Positions 46,313-55,871 are shown, numbered from the stretch's first letter. The stretch is 63,170 nucleotides of DNA from Deltaproteobacteria bacterium (GCA_003135855.1 PNBD01000040.1:1-63170), one strand, 5' to 3'. The notes: a model not told the origin generated them from the letters alone. Numbers and translations are program-made.

Positions 46313-46420
46313 GCTCGCGCACTGCGATTGTGACCGTGTGATGTCCGGAACAAATTAAGTTCCTAAGCTGGGCTCCGACGCCTTGCACTTCTCGACGCTT
46401 TTCTACCAACATACTGCCTT

Positions 46421-49093
46421 ATGTACCGCCGTATGTACCGGACAGTCTGGCGTTGGTCAGTCGCGCTGGCAGTCGCGTTAAGTTTCTTCGGATCGGCTGC
46501 CGCCTCTGGCCTGCCCGTCATCAGTACTCATCCGCGCTTGCTCCTCACGCCGGCGATTATGAGCCGGCTCCTCGCCAAAAGGAATACGAACGATCCCGCC
46601 TGGCTGGCGCTCAAGGCACGCGCGGATGTCCTGACGACCTACACGGTGTTTCAGTACAAGTACGCAACCCGAAGCCAGGAGCCGGACAACACCATCTTTT
46701 ACGATTACCAGGGTAGTGGCTGGTTCGATGCGGTCATGCCGCTGGCGCTTGCTTACAAGATGACCGGCAATCTTGTCTACCTTAACAAGCTTCTGGCCGT
46801 CGCCGACGAGATGATCCGCGCGCAAAGCGACCCTAGCAACAACCCGCCCAATGGACTACCGCCGTTGCAACCTGACAGCTATTATCCGACGCGCTATCTC
46901 GGCTATGTGATCGGGATAATTTTCGACTGGTGCTACGATGGCTTGGGCCCGACCCGCAAGGCCAAGCTAGTTGCGCTGATGAACGCATACTTCGACGATA
47001 TGCGGGCCAACGCCTATCAGATCGATAGCAACGCGGACGGCAACTACTTCGGCGGTCATCTACTGTGCGCGGCGGCGATGGGGTACGCTTTCTTCGGCGA
47101 CAACTCGCGCGCCCAAGCGATGATTGATTTCTCGCGCATCAGGTTCGACGGTACGCCCGGCCTGGTTGCGACCTCCGATATCCCTAACACGCACTTCAAC
47201 CAGCTCTTTGACGGTGGTTTTCCGCCGGTAGTGGCGCTGGACTACAACGGTCCCAATATCACTGGCAGTCCTTTCCTCGGCGGATTCGATTTTCAGGGAT
47301 GGGCTTACGGTAGCGGCGAATACGATCGGATCATCGACTACCTCCTGATGGTTAACAGCGCCACGGGCGAAGACCTGCTAGGCAAGCATCTTGCCTGGTT
47401 CTCACAAATCCTTCACGGCGAGAAGCAGGCCTTGTTTCCCAATCATTTCGAGATCGATCCGTCCGGGGACTGGGGTGGAGACCAGGGCGCCGTGATCCCG
47501 CGCGGAGTTCCCAGTCGGCTCGCCTACGTCCTTGAGGGCACGTCGGACGGCCCGGCCGCCGAGCATTTCGCCACCTCCGAGATCGCGGAATCGACCTTTC
47601 CTGACGTAACTGTTTACCCACTTACCGAATGGGAGGATTTTTTCTTTAGCGATCCTACCAGACCGTCAACTGCAAGCATCGAACCGCTTTACTATAGTGC
47701 TTTCAGTCCGGCTTACCCTAAGGGCGGGCGCGGCAACGGCGCGGTTCCCTATTTCATAATGCGCAGTGACTCTGGCCCCGATGCGGTTTGGGCGTCGGTC
47801 CGGATGGCGTCTGAATACTACGATGACCATCAGCATCACGATGCCGGCACGATGACGATCGCGCGCGGCAACGACTACCTGCTGGTCGACGCCTCAAACT
47901 GGAAAGGACCGGCCGGCTCAGAGGGAATTGTTGGCAGTTCGACCGAAGCTACTGAAGCGGCATCCAAGAACACGTTGTCCTTCAATGACTTCGGCGATTA
48001 CATATACCCTGACGAGCAATACTTCGGAGGTCAGGGCGACTGGGGAATCGACCAGGTAGTCGCCGCCGAGCAGAACCCGACTTACACCTATGCGCGAAGC
48101 GACCTTTCTACCGCTTACAATCGGGCGTCCGATCCGGCGGATGCAGTCAATCGAAAACTGGATTTCTTTTACCGGAGTTTTCTCTATTTTCGCCGCGCCA
48201 ACCTGTTCGTTATCTATGACCGGGTGAAAGCCAAGCCGTCGACCAACTCAGCAGGTGCATATGACAAGCAACTGCGATGGCATCTGCCGAACCGGCCCAC
48301 CATTTCCGGCCAGGTAGCTACTGTCCAGCAAGGAAACTCGCGGCTCTACCTGCGCACGCTCTTACCCGCTATCGCGGCGATTAAGGTGGTCGATGAATCC
48401 AGTAATCCCGATCCCTGCGAGGGCGCGCCGCCCGGATGCACCAGCTATGGCGCCGACAGCGGCACCTTTCGAGTCGAGGTCCGCGATCCCAGCAACCCGC
48501 TATTCATTCCTTTCCTGACAATCCTTGAGCCGGCGTCGCTGCAGACACCTTCCACTGTGGCGACCAGCCTTAACTCGAACGACGGCCTGATGACCGGCTC
48601 GATAGTTGTCAGAACCGGCGCGACCTATGTGTTCCTTTTCAATAGCCAGGCGGGGCAGGTTCCGACGCCGGTCGCGAGCACTTCGTACGCGTTCAACCAC
48701 TCAGGCGCGAGCTATCACGTGCTCGCTGGAATGGTCCCGAACGCAAAGTACAAGGTGTTGCTTGCTGGCGGCGTGGTGCAGGTTGGCGAGGATTCGCAGG
48801 GCACCCTGGCAGCCTCGCCCGCCGGCGTCCTGTACTTCACCTTGCCGTTGGCGTCGACGACGCCGACGCCCACTCGCACTCCAACGCCTACTCGTACGCC
48901 CACTCGCACCGCGACTCGAACTCCTACAGCTACTGCAACCAAAACTCCGACAAAGACTGCAACTAAGACTCCGACATCCACAAAAACTGCAACCAAGACA
49001 CCGACCAAGACGCCGACCCCGACCAAGACCGCCACCAGAACTGCCACTCCGACTCGCACCCCCACGCCCACATCTACCCCGCCAAAGTCGTGA
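46421..49093 (+). CDS. secreted heparinase II/III-like (polysaccharide lyase-like) protein with a C-terminal Thr/Pro-rich tail
   Basis: 890 aa with a signal peptide '[17 protein letters not shown]'. It has an N-terminal alpha-toroid style ('[18 protein letters not shown]') and '[23 protein letters not shown]', typical of the heparinase II/III C-domain. The last 78 aa are T/P/K/R low complexity. Confidence 0.6.
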   Translation: MYRRMYRTVWRWSVALAVALSFFGSAAASGLPVISTHPRLLLTPAIMSRLLAKRNTNDPAWLALKARADVLTTYTVFQYKYATRSQEPDNTIFYDYQGSGWFDAVMPLALAYKMTGNLVYLNKLLAVADEMIRAQSDPSNNPPNGLPPLQPDSYYPTRYLGYVIGIIFDWCYDGLGPTRKAKLVALMNAYFDDMRANAYQIDSNADGNYFGGHLLCAAAMGYAFFGDNSRAQAMIDFSRIRFDGTPGLVATSDIPNTHFNQLFDGGFPPVVALDYNGPNITGSPFLGGFDFQGWAYGSGEYDRIIDYLLMVNSATGEDLLGKHLAWFSQILHGEKQALFPNHFEIDPSGDWGGDQGAVIPRGVPSRLAYVLEGTSDGPAAEHFATSEIAESTFPDVTVYPLTEWEDFFFSDPTRPSTASIEPLYYSAFSPAYPKGGRGNGAVPYFIMRSDSGPDAVWASVRMASEYYDDHQHHDAGTMTIARGNDYLLVDASNWKGPAGSEGIVGSSTEATEAASKNTLSFNDFGDYIYPDEQYFGGQGDWGIDQVVAAEQNPTYTYARSDLSTAYNRASDPADAVNRKLDFFYRSFLYFRRANLFVIYDRVKAKPSTNSAGAYDKQLRWHLPNRPTISGQVATVQQGNSRLYLRTLLPAIAAIKVVDESSNPDPCEGAPPGCTSYGADSGTFRVEVRDPSNPLFIPFLTILEPASLQTPSTVATSLNSNDGLMTGSIVVRTGATYVFLFNSQAGQVPTPVASTSYAFNHSGASYHVLAGMVPNAKYKVLLAGGVVQVGEDSQGTLAASPAGVLYFTLPLASTTPTPTRTPTPTRTPTRTATRTPTATATKTPTKTATKTPTSTKTATKTPTKTPTPTKTATRTATPTRTPTPTSTPPKS
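48857..49090 (+). repeat. coding low-complexity (T-P-T-[RK]-T)n tract
   Basis: The tail reads [78 protein letters not shown] and runs directly to the stop codon. Confidence 0.9.
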
Positions 49094-49150
49094 ATTCAGG
49101 AGGAATCGACGAGCACGGTCGACGCTTGCGACGCGATCGCGGATGCGATG

Positions 49151-51196
49151 CTAGGGCTTATGCGGTAGCCCGATCTGTGGCGTTTTCAACGGCGCCGCAA
49201 TGCCCACGAACTCTGTCACGCTGTTATTGCCGAAATTAGTGACCCAGAGATTCCCGGCACTGTCGATCGCGACGCTGAACGGCGTCAGAATGCCGGCGCC
49301 AGTGAATCCTGTCGTCGGCGATAGTGGGGCGCCGCCTCCAGGACCGCCCGCGCCTTTGAGTTCGCTGATGCTTGCGCCGTGATAATTCGCGATCCAGGCG
49401 TTGCCCGCCCCATCGATTGCGATTCCGCCCGGCGAAGTGAGCCCACCGCCGGTGTAACCGCCGTCGGGTGAGACCGCGAGGCCCTGGGAATTCAGTTGCG
49501 TCACGCTGTCACCGTAAAAGTTGGCGATCCAGGCGTTCCCAAACTGGTCGAGCGCGATCGCCTGCGGAAGATCGAGCCCGCCACCCATAAAACCCGATTG
49601 CGGTGATATCGGGCTGCCGGTTTGAGCAAATGCGCTCACAGTATTTGCACTTTGGTTGGCGACCCACGCCCCGCCGAAGGCATCGATCGCGATTCCCACC
49701 GGGAAATCGAGCCCGCCTCCGCTAAATCCCAGGGCAGGCGAAGCGGGCGCGCCGGTCGAAGTCAGCTTGGTAACGCTCGAATCGCCGAAGTTCGCAGTCC
49801 AGACGTTGCCATTTGCGTCAATCGCGATCGAGACGGGGAAGTCCATCCCACCGCCAGAGTAGCCGCTCGCGCCTGATTGGACGACGCCGTTCGGCGCGAG
49901 CTTGGTGACACTGCCGAGCCCGCGATTGACGCTGCTCGAGCTCTCCTGGTTGGTGGCCCAGACGTTGCCCGTGCCATCCACTGCAATCCCGAACGATTCT
50001 CTGAGTCCGCCACCGATGAAACCAGTCGCGGGCGAGAGAGGCGATCCCGCCGGTCCGAGCTTGGTCACGCGATTATTGTAATTGGCTATCCAGATGTTGC
50101 CGGCAGCATCGACCGCAAGATCGGTTGGTTCGCTTAGGCCCCCGCCAGTGTAGTTGAGCGTCAAGGTCCAGTCGGTGGGCGCCGTGGTAAGTGCCGGCAG
50201 GTAAGACGAGCTACCCAAGGCGGAGTTGAACAGAGCAGGCACGTTGCTGGCCGGATAGTGAGCGATATCGAGCGCTGCGGCAATCGTGTCGAGCGGCGCG
50301 CTGCCGCCTGGAGGAGTTGTGTTCGCAAAGAGCTTTGAGCATTGCGAGGAAGAAGCTCCTAAGGAGCTGACGCACGCGGCCAGAAGATCGGCGATCGTGT
50401 TCAACTTCGATGGGCTGTTGGCCGAGTTGGCAATCAGGGTCGAAACGTTACCGGTGGTTACATCGACCAGGTTGGCCACGGTCGCTGCGGCATTTTGCAG
50501 GCCTGGTGCTGGTCCAAAAATCTGTGTTGAGGCGGTGCTGAACTGCGCCATCGCCCACAGCGAAGCGGCGCTGGTGCGTTCATTGATGACTGCGGAATGG
50601 GCGAACTTCGTTCCTAACCCGAGCACGGCCATGAGCTTGATCGCCGCGTTTGTGCCGGGGCCGGCGTTTCCGCCGGATGCAACTGCATACAGGATCGCTG
50701 AGCCACCTGGGTTCACGATGCCGAATGAAGTGTGGCCGCCAGAATTGGTTGTCCCATTGCCGATCGCACTCGCTCCACCGGAATTACCAGCATAGACCGT
50801 AACCAGCGAACCCATGATGGGTTGCGATCCAGTCATCACCGTGCCGGTGAAAGTGGCATTGTAAACAATAGTGGGAGTTGCGCTTGGAGTCCGAGTAGGC
50901 GTTGCAGTTCGAGTAGGCGTTGCACTTCTAGTCGGAGTAGCAGTCAGCGTCGGCGATGCGGTGGGACTCGATGTTGAGTTCAAGACGCCGCTACCATGAC
51001 CCGTGGGCGTGAAGGTCGCGGTGGGTGTCGATGTGGGGGTCGGCGTCGCGGTTCCAGTCGCGGTCGCAGTGGGAGTAGTAGCCGCAAGGATGCTGCCTGC
51101 CGCGCCGAGGTTCCAGGCGAGTAGCGCGACCAGCGCAACACAGACCTTCGATAGCCCTCCAAACCGATGCTCAGGCGCCACTATTCGAACTAGCAT
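49151..51196 (-). CDS. secreted NHL-repeat beta-propeller protein with an N-terminal T/P-rich linker and a conserved about 240-aa module
   Basis: 681 aa with a signal peptide. It has six NHL-like blades ('LAVDAAGNIWIANY', 'GIAVDGTGNVWATN', 'SIAIDANGNVWTANF', 'GIAIDAFGGAWVAN', 'AIALDQFGNAWIANF', 'GIAIDGAGNAWIANY', 'SVAIDSAGNLWVTNF'). Confidence 0.8.
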   Translation of the reverse strand: MLVRIVAPEHRFGGLSKVCVALVALLAWNLGAAGSILAATTPTATATGTATPTPTSTPTATFTPTGHGSGVLNSTSSPTASPTLTATPTRSATPTRTATPTRTPSATPTIVYNATFTGTVMTGSQPIMGSLVTVYAGNSGGASAIGNGTTNSGGHTSFGIVNPGGSAILYAVASGGNAGPGTNAAIKLMAVLGLGTKFAHSAVINERTSAASLWAMAQFSTASTQIFGPAPGLQNAAATVANLVDVTTGNVSTLIANSANSPSKLNTIADLLAACVSSLGASSSQCSKLFANTTPPGGSAPLDTIAAALDIAHYPASNVPALFNSALGSSSYLPALTTAPTDWTLTLNYTGGGLSEPTDLAVDAAGNIWIANYNNRVTKLGPAGSPLSPATGFIGGGLRESFGIAVDGTGNVWATNQESSSSVNRGLGSVTKLAPNGVVQSGASGYSGGGMDFPVSIAIDANGNVWTANFGDSSVTKLTSTGAPASPALGFSGGGLDFPVGIAIDAFGGAWVANQSANTVSAFAQTGSPISPQSGFMGGGLDLPQAIALDQFGNAWIANFYGDSVTQLNSQGLAVSPDGGYTGGGLTSPGGIAIDGAGNAWIANYHGASISELKGAGGPGGGAPLSPTTGFTGAGILTPFSVAIDSAGNLWVTNFGNNSVTEFVGIAAPLKTPQIGLPHKP
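50870..51082 (-). repeat. coding T/P-rich low-complexity tract (aa 39-109 of the NHL protein)
   Basis: The tract reads [28 protein letters not shown]...[25 protein letters not shown]. It uses the same TPTRT motif as the tail of the convergent 890-aa protein. Confidence 0.85.
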
Positions 51197-51269
51197 GTCG
51201 CCTTGCTCGGTTCAGGCGCGATGCCGCCATTAATCATGAAACATTGACCGCCCGCTAGTCCCGACCGGC

Positions 51270-53270
51270 TCAGGGACCGATCGCCATCGAATAAGCACCG
51301 AAGATGGCGAAGAAGAACGGTGAGGAAACGTCTATTGCCGTTAGCGCGCCCAAAACGAAAACATGGTCGATCGTGAAGACGGATACGTTGCTATCGGTGT
51401 TGTTTGCGACGTAGACGAAGGAGCCCGTGGGATCCGCAGTTACCGAGGTCGGACCCGTGCCAGCAGTAAACGGCGAGCCGCTAACTTCCGTGAGAGCCTC
51501 GCTGCCTGGGTCGATCATGTAAGCCGAGACGTCGCTGTTCCCTTTGTTCGCGACGTAAGCAAACTCTCCGCTTGGATCGACCGTCACGGAGTTCGGAGCG
51601 AGGTCCGTTGGCACGGGGACACCTATCGTCGCTAACGCCCCGGTCGTAGAGTCGATGGTATAGGCCGAGACGGTGTTGTCGCCATTGTTCGCAACGTAGG
51701 CGAATTGGCCGGTCGGATCCACCGCAACTGAGACAGGGGCCGAGCCCGTGGCAAAGGGCGAACCGGTGACGGCGCTGAGCGCCCCGGTCGCAGCGTTGAT
51801 GGCATAGGCCGAGATATTGTTGTCGTTATTGTTCGTGACATAGGCAAACTTGCCGATCGGATCCACCGTAACCGAGCCAGCGCCGGAGCCTGTGGGAAAG
51901 GGCGAGCCACTTGCCGGAGTCAGGGCCCCGCTCGATGAATCGATCGTATAGCCCGAGACGCTATCATCGAGAAAGTTTGCGACGTAGACGAACTTGCCGG
52001 TCGGATCCACTGTTACAAAGTCCGGAGAACTGCCTGTGGAGAACGGCGAACCACTTACCGGACTCAGCGCTCCAGTCGCGGGATCGATCGCATATGCCAA
52101 TACAACGTTCAACGACTGGTCGGCGACATAGGCGAACTTGCTGGTCGGATCCACTGCAATTGAGCTGGGCGTTGAGCCTGCTCCTGTGCCGAACGGCGAG
52201 CCATTTGCAGGACTCATCGCTCCAGTAGGAGGATCGATCATGTAGGCTGAGACGCTGCTAGCGCCGGAATTTGCGACGTAGGCGAACTTGCCGGTTGGAT
52301 CCACCGCGACGGAACCAGGATTGGTGCCCGCACTGAAAGGCGACGTCACACTTATCTCGCCCAGCACTCCGCCTCCCCTGATATTGTAAGCCGAGATGTC
52401 GCCAGTGCCGAAGTTCGCGGCGTACGCGAACATACCGCTCGGATCCACCGCCACCGCAGCGGGTGCGGAGTCGGCGAAAAACGGTGAACCGCTTACCGCG
52501 GTCAGCGCACCGCTCAATGAGTCGATGGCGTAGGCCGATACGTCGTCGCTGCCGAAGTTCGCGACGTAAGCGAACTGGCCGGTCGGATCAACCGCGATCG
52601 ATTGGGGGGCACTGTCTGTGGGAACCATCGGGGTCAAAAAGAGTGTCAGCGCCCCGGTCGAAGAGTCGATCGTGTAGGCCGAGATGTCGTCGCTGCCGAA
52701 GTTCGCGACATATGCGAACCGCCCGCTGGGATCGACTGTCACCGCATTGGGTCCTAGGTCGGCGAGAACCGGCGAACCGCTTACCGGGGTCAGCGCACCG
52801 CTCACTGAGTCGATGGTGTACTCCGAGACGCTGCCAACGTCTGCGCCAATGCCGGTCCCGATGTTCGCGACGTAAGCGAACTTGCCGGTCGGATCAACCG
52901 TGACCGCGATGGGAACGCTGCCCGCGCCAACGGGCGAGCCGACTACCTGGGTCAAAGACCCGGTCGTGGAATTTATCGTGTAAGCCGAAACGTCGTTGCT
53001 GCCCGCGTTCGCGACATAGGCAAACTTGCCAGTGGGATCGACCGCTACCGCGGCGGAACCGGCGTCCGTAACATACGGAGAGTCGGCTATTTGAGTCAGC
53101 GTACCGGTCGCGGGGTCGATGGTGTAGCCGGCGACGTGAGTGTTCGCGTCTACGATGTAAGCAAACTTGCCGGTTGGATCAATCGCGATTGATTCGGCAG
53201 AGCCGGCGACCGTAATCGGTGAGCCGCTTATCTCAAACAGCGCACCGATGAACTGGTCAACTACATAGGC
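51270..53270 (-). repeat. array of about 13 tandem coding repeats of about 48-50 aa (propeller blades)
   Basis: The recurrent motif VDPTGKFAYVAN was counted 13 times in the translation. Confidence 0.8.
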
Positions 53271-54272
53271 CGACGCCTCACTGGAAGTACTACAGCCGCA
53301 TTGCGAGGTTGTCGTGTAGGCGTACACCGGACCACCTATCGTCCAGTTCGACGGTGACGAGAGAAGGGGTGGACTATAGATCACCTGCGGCGGCGCGAGG
53401 TTGAAGAGCGTCGCTCCCTTCTGGTTCACCACCGGACTGCTCGCAATCTCAAACGCGGCCAGCAGCGTGTCTCCGGCCGGACCGGTGTTGGCAAACAACT
53501 GCGCGCAGGGTGTCGAAGTCGGGCCGCTCGAGTTAACACACGCGGCCAGGATGTTGCCCAAGGTGTTGAGCGTTTCCAGCGTGATATGGATCGGCGAGCC
53601 AGGCGGTGGGGCCTTGGTGGTATGGATCGGCGAGCCAGCGGGTTGCCCGACCATGAATGCCGAGCCCTGCCCACTAACGACGTTCACCAGGTTGTTGACA
53701 GTCGCCGCATGGCGGACCAGTCCCACGGCGGCGCGAATGTCCAGGCACGTGCCGGTCTGATTGTTCCCAGTTATCGCGGTGCAGTTCACAAAGTCCATGA
53801 AATGCTGCATCGCGGCGGCCGAGGCAGCCGTGGTCAATTCGTCGATGTTGACAGATGCAGGGAAGTTGCAGCCTGCGCCCTCGCAGAACGGACCCGCCAC
53901 CGTCAGCAGCAGGATTGCGCTGTTGACGCCTCCGCCAGCATCACCACCCTTGGCCGTGAAGTAGATAATCCCACCGGCGGTCGGCGTGATATCGGGAATA
54001 ATGTTGAAGTTACCGTTCGAGTCAGTCGGCCCTGAACCGAGTTGAGTTGCATGGTCGCCGCCGGCTTCGTAAACGACCACCGTCGAACCTGCGATCGGCT
54101 GCCGCCCGCCCATCGCTTGCCCTGCGAGCCTTATGCGATGCTGCGCCCGGCCTGCGGCGGCACTACCCGCACTTCCACCCCCGCCAGTGCATCCTGCGGC
54201 GAGCATCAACGTCAGCAGCCAAATGGGAGCTTTGTGTCCGCCGATGAAGGAACCCTTTGGAAACGCAGCCAT
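51270..54272 (-). CDS. 1000-aa probable lipoprotein with about 13 tandem lactonase-type (7-bladed-propeller family) repeats
   Basis: It has the lipobox-like 'LMLAAGC'. Its N-terminal module is homologous to that of the 681-aa protein. Then come 13 copies of '[VI][AT]VDP[TS]G.FAYVAN....[VI]SAY.ID..[TS]GAL'. Confidence 0.85.
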   Translation of the reverse strand: MAAFPKGSFIGGHKAPIWLLTLMLAAGCTGGGGSAGSAAAGRAQHRIRLAGQAMGGRQPIAGSTVVVYEAGGDHATQLGSGPTDSNGNFNIIPDITPTAGGIIYFTAKGGDAGGGVNSAILLLTVAGPFCEGAGCNFPASVNIDELTTAASAAAMQHFMDFVNCTAITGNNQTGTCLDIRAAVGLVRHAATVNNLVNVVSGQGSAFMVGQPAGSPIHTTKAPPPGSPIHITLETLNTLGNILAACVNSSGPTSTPCAQLFANTGPAGDTLLAAFEIASSPVVNQKGATLFNLAPPQVIYSPPLLSSPSNWTIGGPVYAYTTTSQCGCSTSSEASAYVVDQFIGALFEISGSPITVAGSAESIAIDPTGKFAYIVDANTHVAGYTIDPATGTLTQIADSPYVTDAGSAAVAVDPTGKFAYVANAGSNDVSAYTINSTTGSLTQVVGSPVGAGSVPIAVTVDPTGKFAYVANIGTGIGADVGSVSEYTIDSVSGALTPVSGSPVLADLGPNAVTVDPSGRFAYVANFGSDDISAYTIDSSTGALTLFLTPMVPTDSAPQSIAVDPTGQFAYVANFGSDDVSAYAIDSLSGALTAVSGSPFFADSAPAAVAVDPSGMFAYAANFGTGDISAYNIRGGGVLGEISVTSPFSAGTNPGSVAVDPTGKFAYVANSGASSVSAYMIDPPTGAMSPANGSPFGTGAGSTPSSIAVDPTSKFAYVADQSLNVVLAYAIDPATGALSPVSGSPFSTGSSPDFVTVDPTGKFVYVANFLDDSVSGYTIDSSSGALTPASGSPFPTGSGAGSVTVDPIGKFAYVTNNNDNNISAYAINAATGALSAVTGSPFATGSAPVSVAVDPTGQFAYVANNGDNTVSAYTIDSTTGALATIGVPVPTDLAPNSVTVDPSGEFAYVANKGNSDVSAYMIDPGSEALTEVSGSPFTAGTGPTSVTADPTGSFVYVANNTDSNVSVFTIDHVFVLGALTAIDVSSPFFFAIFGAYSMAIGP

Positions 54273-54285
54273 CTATACGAGCCTC

Positions 54286-54939
54286 CTACTCTGGAGCGGA
54301 CAGGTGCCGCACGGTGGTCAGATCGAGATCGGCCGCAAAGCGCTCGAATTCCGCGAGCAATCGCTGCTCGGCCAGCCTCCATCCATCGGTCGAAACCGCA
54401 CGTTCGATAACGACAGACACGGGCGTCGATGGATCGCGTCGCGGGCTAAGAAGCGTGTCGAGGTTCAGCTTTGGTAAGCGCCAACCCCATACTACAAGGG
54501 GTGTTTCGGTACATTCCCGGCTGAAGCACTCGGTCGCTGCGACGAGCCGGAGGTGATCGTTGTCGCGGAAAAACGAGATATCAAAGGTCGCGCCGGAGTC
54601 TCTCGTTCTAACTGCGCGCACCTGTTGCGCCACGAAGCTGGTGCCCTGAGCGAGGTAGCAGCCCGCGCCGTTATGCTCCATGCGAGAATGCAATTGAAAG
54701 TCGAGCTGCACATCGCTGGCACCGTTAGCTGCGGAATAGATCGCGCCCTGTTCAACCAGCGAGTTGCCGAGCTCGTTTCGCCAGCGCCGTTCAGTGATGC
54801 GATACGGACCGATCGACGACGGGAGCAAACGCGTCGAGCCGTCGAGTGAGTCAACCGGTGGCCGGAGACGCAAATGCCGGCTCTGTGACGCACCGAAGAA
54901 GGCGATCACGATCGCAAGCGCCAGAAGCCTGCGTTTCAT
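54286..54939 (-). CDS. EpsI-family (exosortase-associated) protein
   Basis: The start at ATG 54939 forms an ATGA overlap with the exosortase stop. It has an N-terminal TM 'LLALAIVIAFFG', 'LLPSSIGPYRI' and 'HNGAGCYLAQGTSF' (compare the EpsI HsPe.ClpgaGW motif). The 5' part of the 313-aa track ORF is spurious. Confidence 0.65.
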   Translation of the reverse strand: MKRRLLALAIVIAFFGASQSRHLRLRPPVDSLDGSTRLLPSSIGPYRITERRWRNELGNSLVEQGAIYSAANGASDVQLDFQLHSRMEHNGAGCYLAQGTSFVAQQVRAVRTRDSGATFDISFFRDNDHLRLVAATECFSRECTETPLVVWGWRLPKLNLDTLLSPRRDPSTPVSVVIERAVSTDGWRLAEQRLLAEFERFAADLDLTTVRHLSAPE

Positions 54940-55871
54940 CGGCGAAAGCCGAACCTTGGAATGTAGAATATCGATCCCGCGGCGAGGAAAAACAGCAACG
55001 CACCAATTATGTAATCGGCGGCGAGCGCGTAGTTTTGCAACGGCACAATGCGCAGCGCGAGCCAGTAGAAGAGCACCAGCGCGCAGAGCCTCAGCAGATT
55101 GAACAGATAGGCGGCCGCCACCGCGCTTGTGACGTAAGCGGCGTGCCATAGACGTGGCAGGTGGTACAGATGGCCGACAATCAATGCCAGATAGCCCATC
55201 GCCGCCGCACCGCGAAGGCCGTCGCACCCGGGCGCAATAAACATACCCAGCGCCGGCGAAAACATTAGACGCAACTGGTCGCCGCCCACCGGCACTGTCA
55301 GCATCGCGGCAAACACACGCGCGGTATGCGCGGCCACATATTGCAGGGGTAGATCAACCAGCGACTGGAAGGATCGCGGCACCGGATTGACGAATAGCAG
55401 CAGGGCCAGCGCGAACCATGCCGTGCGCCAGGCTCGCGTACCGCCGAAGAGCAGCACGATCCCGCTCGCGTATGCCCAGAGCTGAAGTCCTAGCGGGAGA
55501 AAGTTGATGCCGATGTGAGCGCTATGACCGTAGAAACTGAAATCGAAGTAGGAGTCGCTGGTTAGTCGGGCCGCAAGCATCGCCGCCACGATTAGGGCGA
55601 GCCCCCACCAGTTGCCACGCTGATCCCAAGCCTCGCCGCGCCACGCACGAAGAGCGAGCCACAAACTGACTGGCGGGAGCATGACACCAATCGAACGCAA
55701 ACCGTCGTTGGTCCATGTCTGCCAGAGCGAGCCCAACTGATACGCGAAGCACCACAAACCCACAGCGCTTAGTAATACGGCCGCGGCGAGGAGCCATCGC
55801 CCGCTAACGTCGCCGATATCGCGATGCGGATCAGCGTATGAAGGGCGAAGCTGGTACTCGGCCTGTTGCAT
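54936..55871 (-). CDS. exosortase-family transpeptidase (subclass not determined)
   Basis: The start is set at ATG 55871 (MQQAEYQL). The protein is polytopic, with a conserved Cys in 'FIAPGCDGLRGAAAMGYLALI' and Arg in 'FNLLRLCALV'. This is the exosortase/archaeosortase core pattern. Confidence 0.75.
   Translation of the reverse strand: MQQAEYQLRPSYADPHRDIGDVSGRWLLAAAVLLSAVGLWCFAYQLGSLWQTWTNDGLRSIGVMLPPVSLWLALRAWRGEAWDQRGNWWGLALIVAAMLAARLTSDSYFDFSFYGHSAHIGINFLPLGLQLWAYASGIVLLFGGTRAWRTAWFALALLLFVNPVPRSFQSLVDLPLQYVAAHTARVFAAMLTVPVGGDQLRLMFSPALGMFIAPGCDGLRGAAAMGYLALIVGHLYHLPRLWHAAYVTSAVAAAYLFNLLRLCALVLFYWLALRIVPLQNYALAADYIIGALLFFLAAGSIFYIPRFGFRR

Noticed and set aside
43800-46400. Apparent dip in GC content (also at about 55900-56400) suggesting a horizontally acquired island
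   Set aside because: Hand counts of a few 60-nt samples gave about 47-62% here versus about 62-73% elsewhere. The sampling is too thin to support a call. I also see no flanking tRNA, integrase or direct repeats. A sliding-window GC and tetranucleotide analysis is needed.
48715-49071. 118-aa Gly/Val-rich minus-strand ORF (GVGVRVGV...)
   Set aside because: It is simply the reverse complement of the Thr/Pro codon tract (ACN/CCN read as NGT/NGG). The plus-strand frame is continuous with a 2.4-kb gene.
49094-49150. Convergent intergenic gaps (also 41062-41090) searched for bidirectional terminators
   Set aside because: Only 4-5-bp stems were found. That is not convincing.
54940-55227. 5' part of the 313-aa ORF (54286-55227) overlapping the exosortase gene
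   Set aside because: The upstream 96 codons are Arg/Ala-rich and overlap the exosortase C-terminus in another frame. The internal ATG at 54939 gives an ATGA junction, a TM helix and EpsI-like length.
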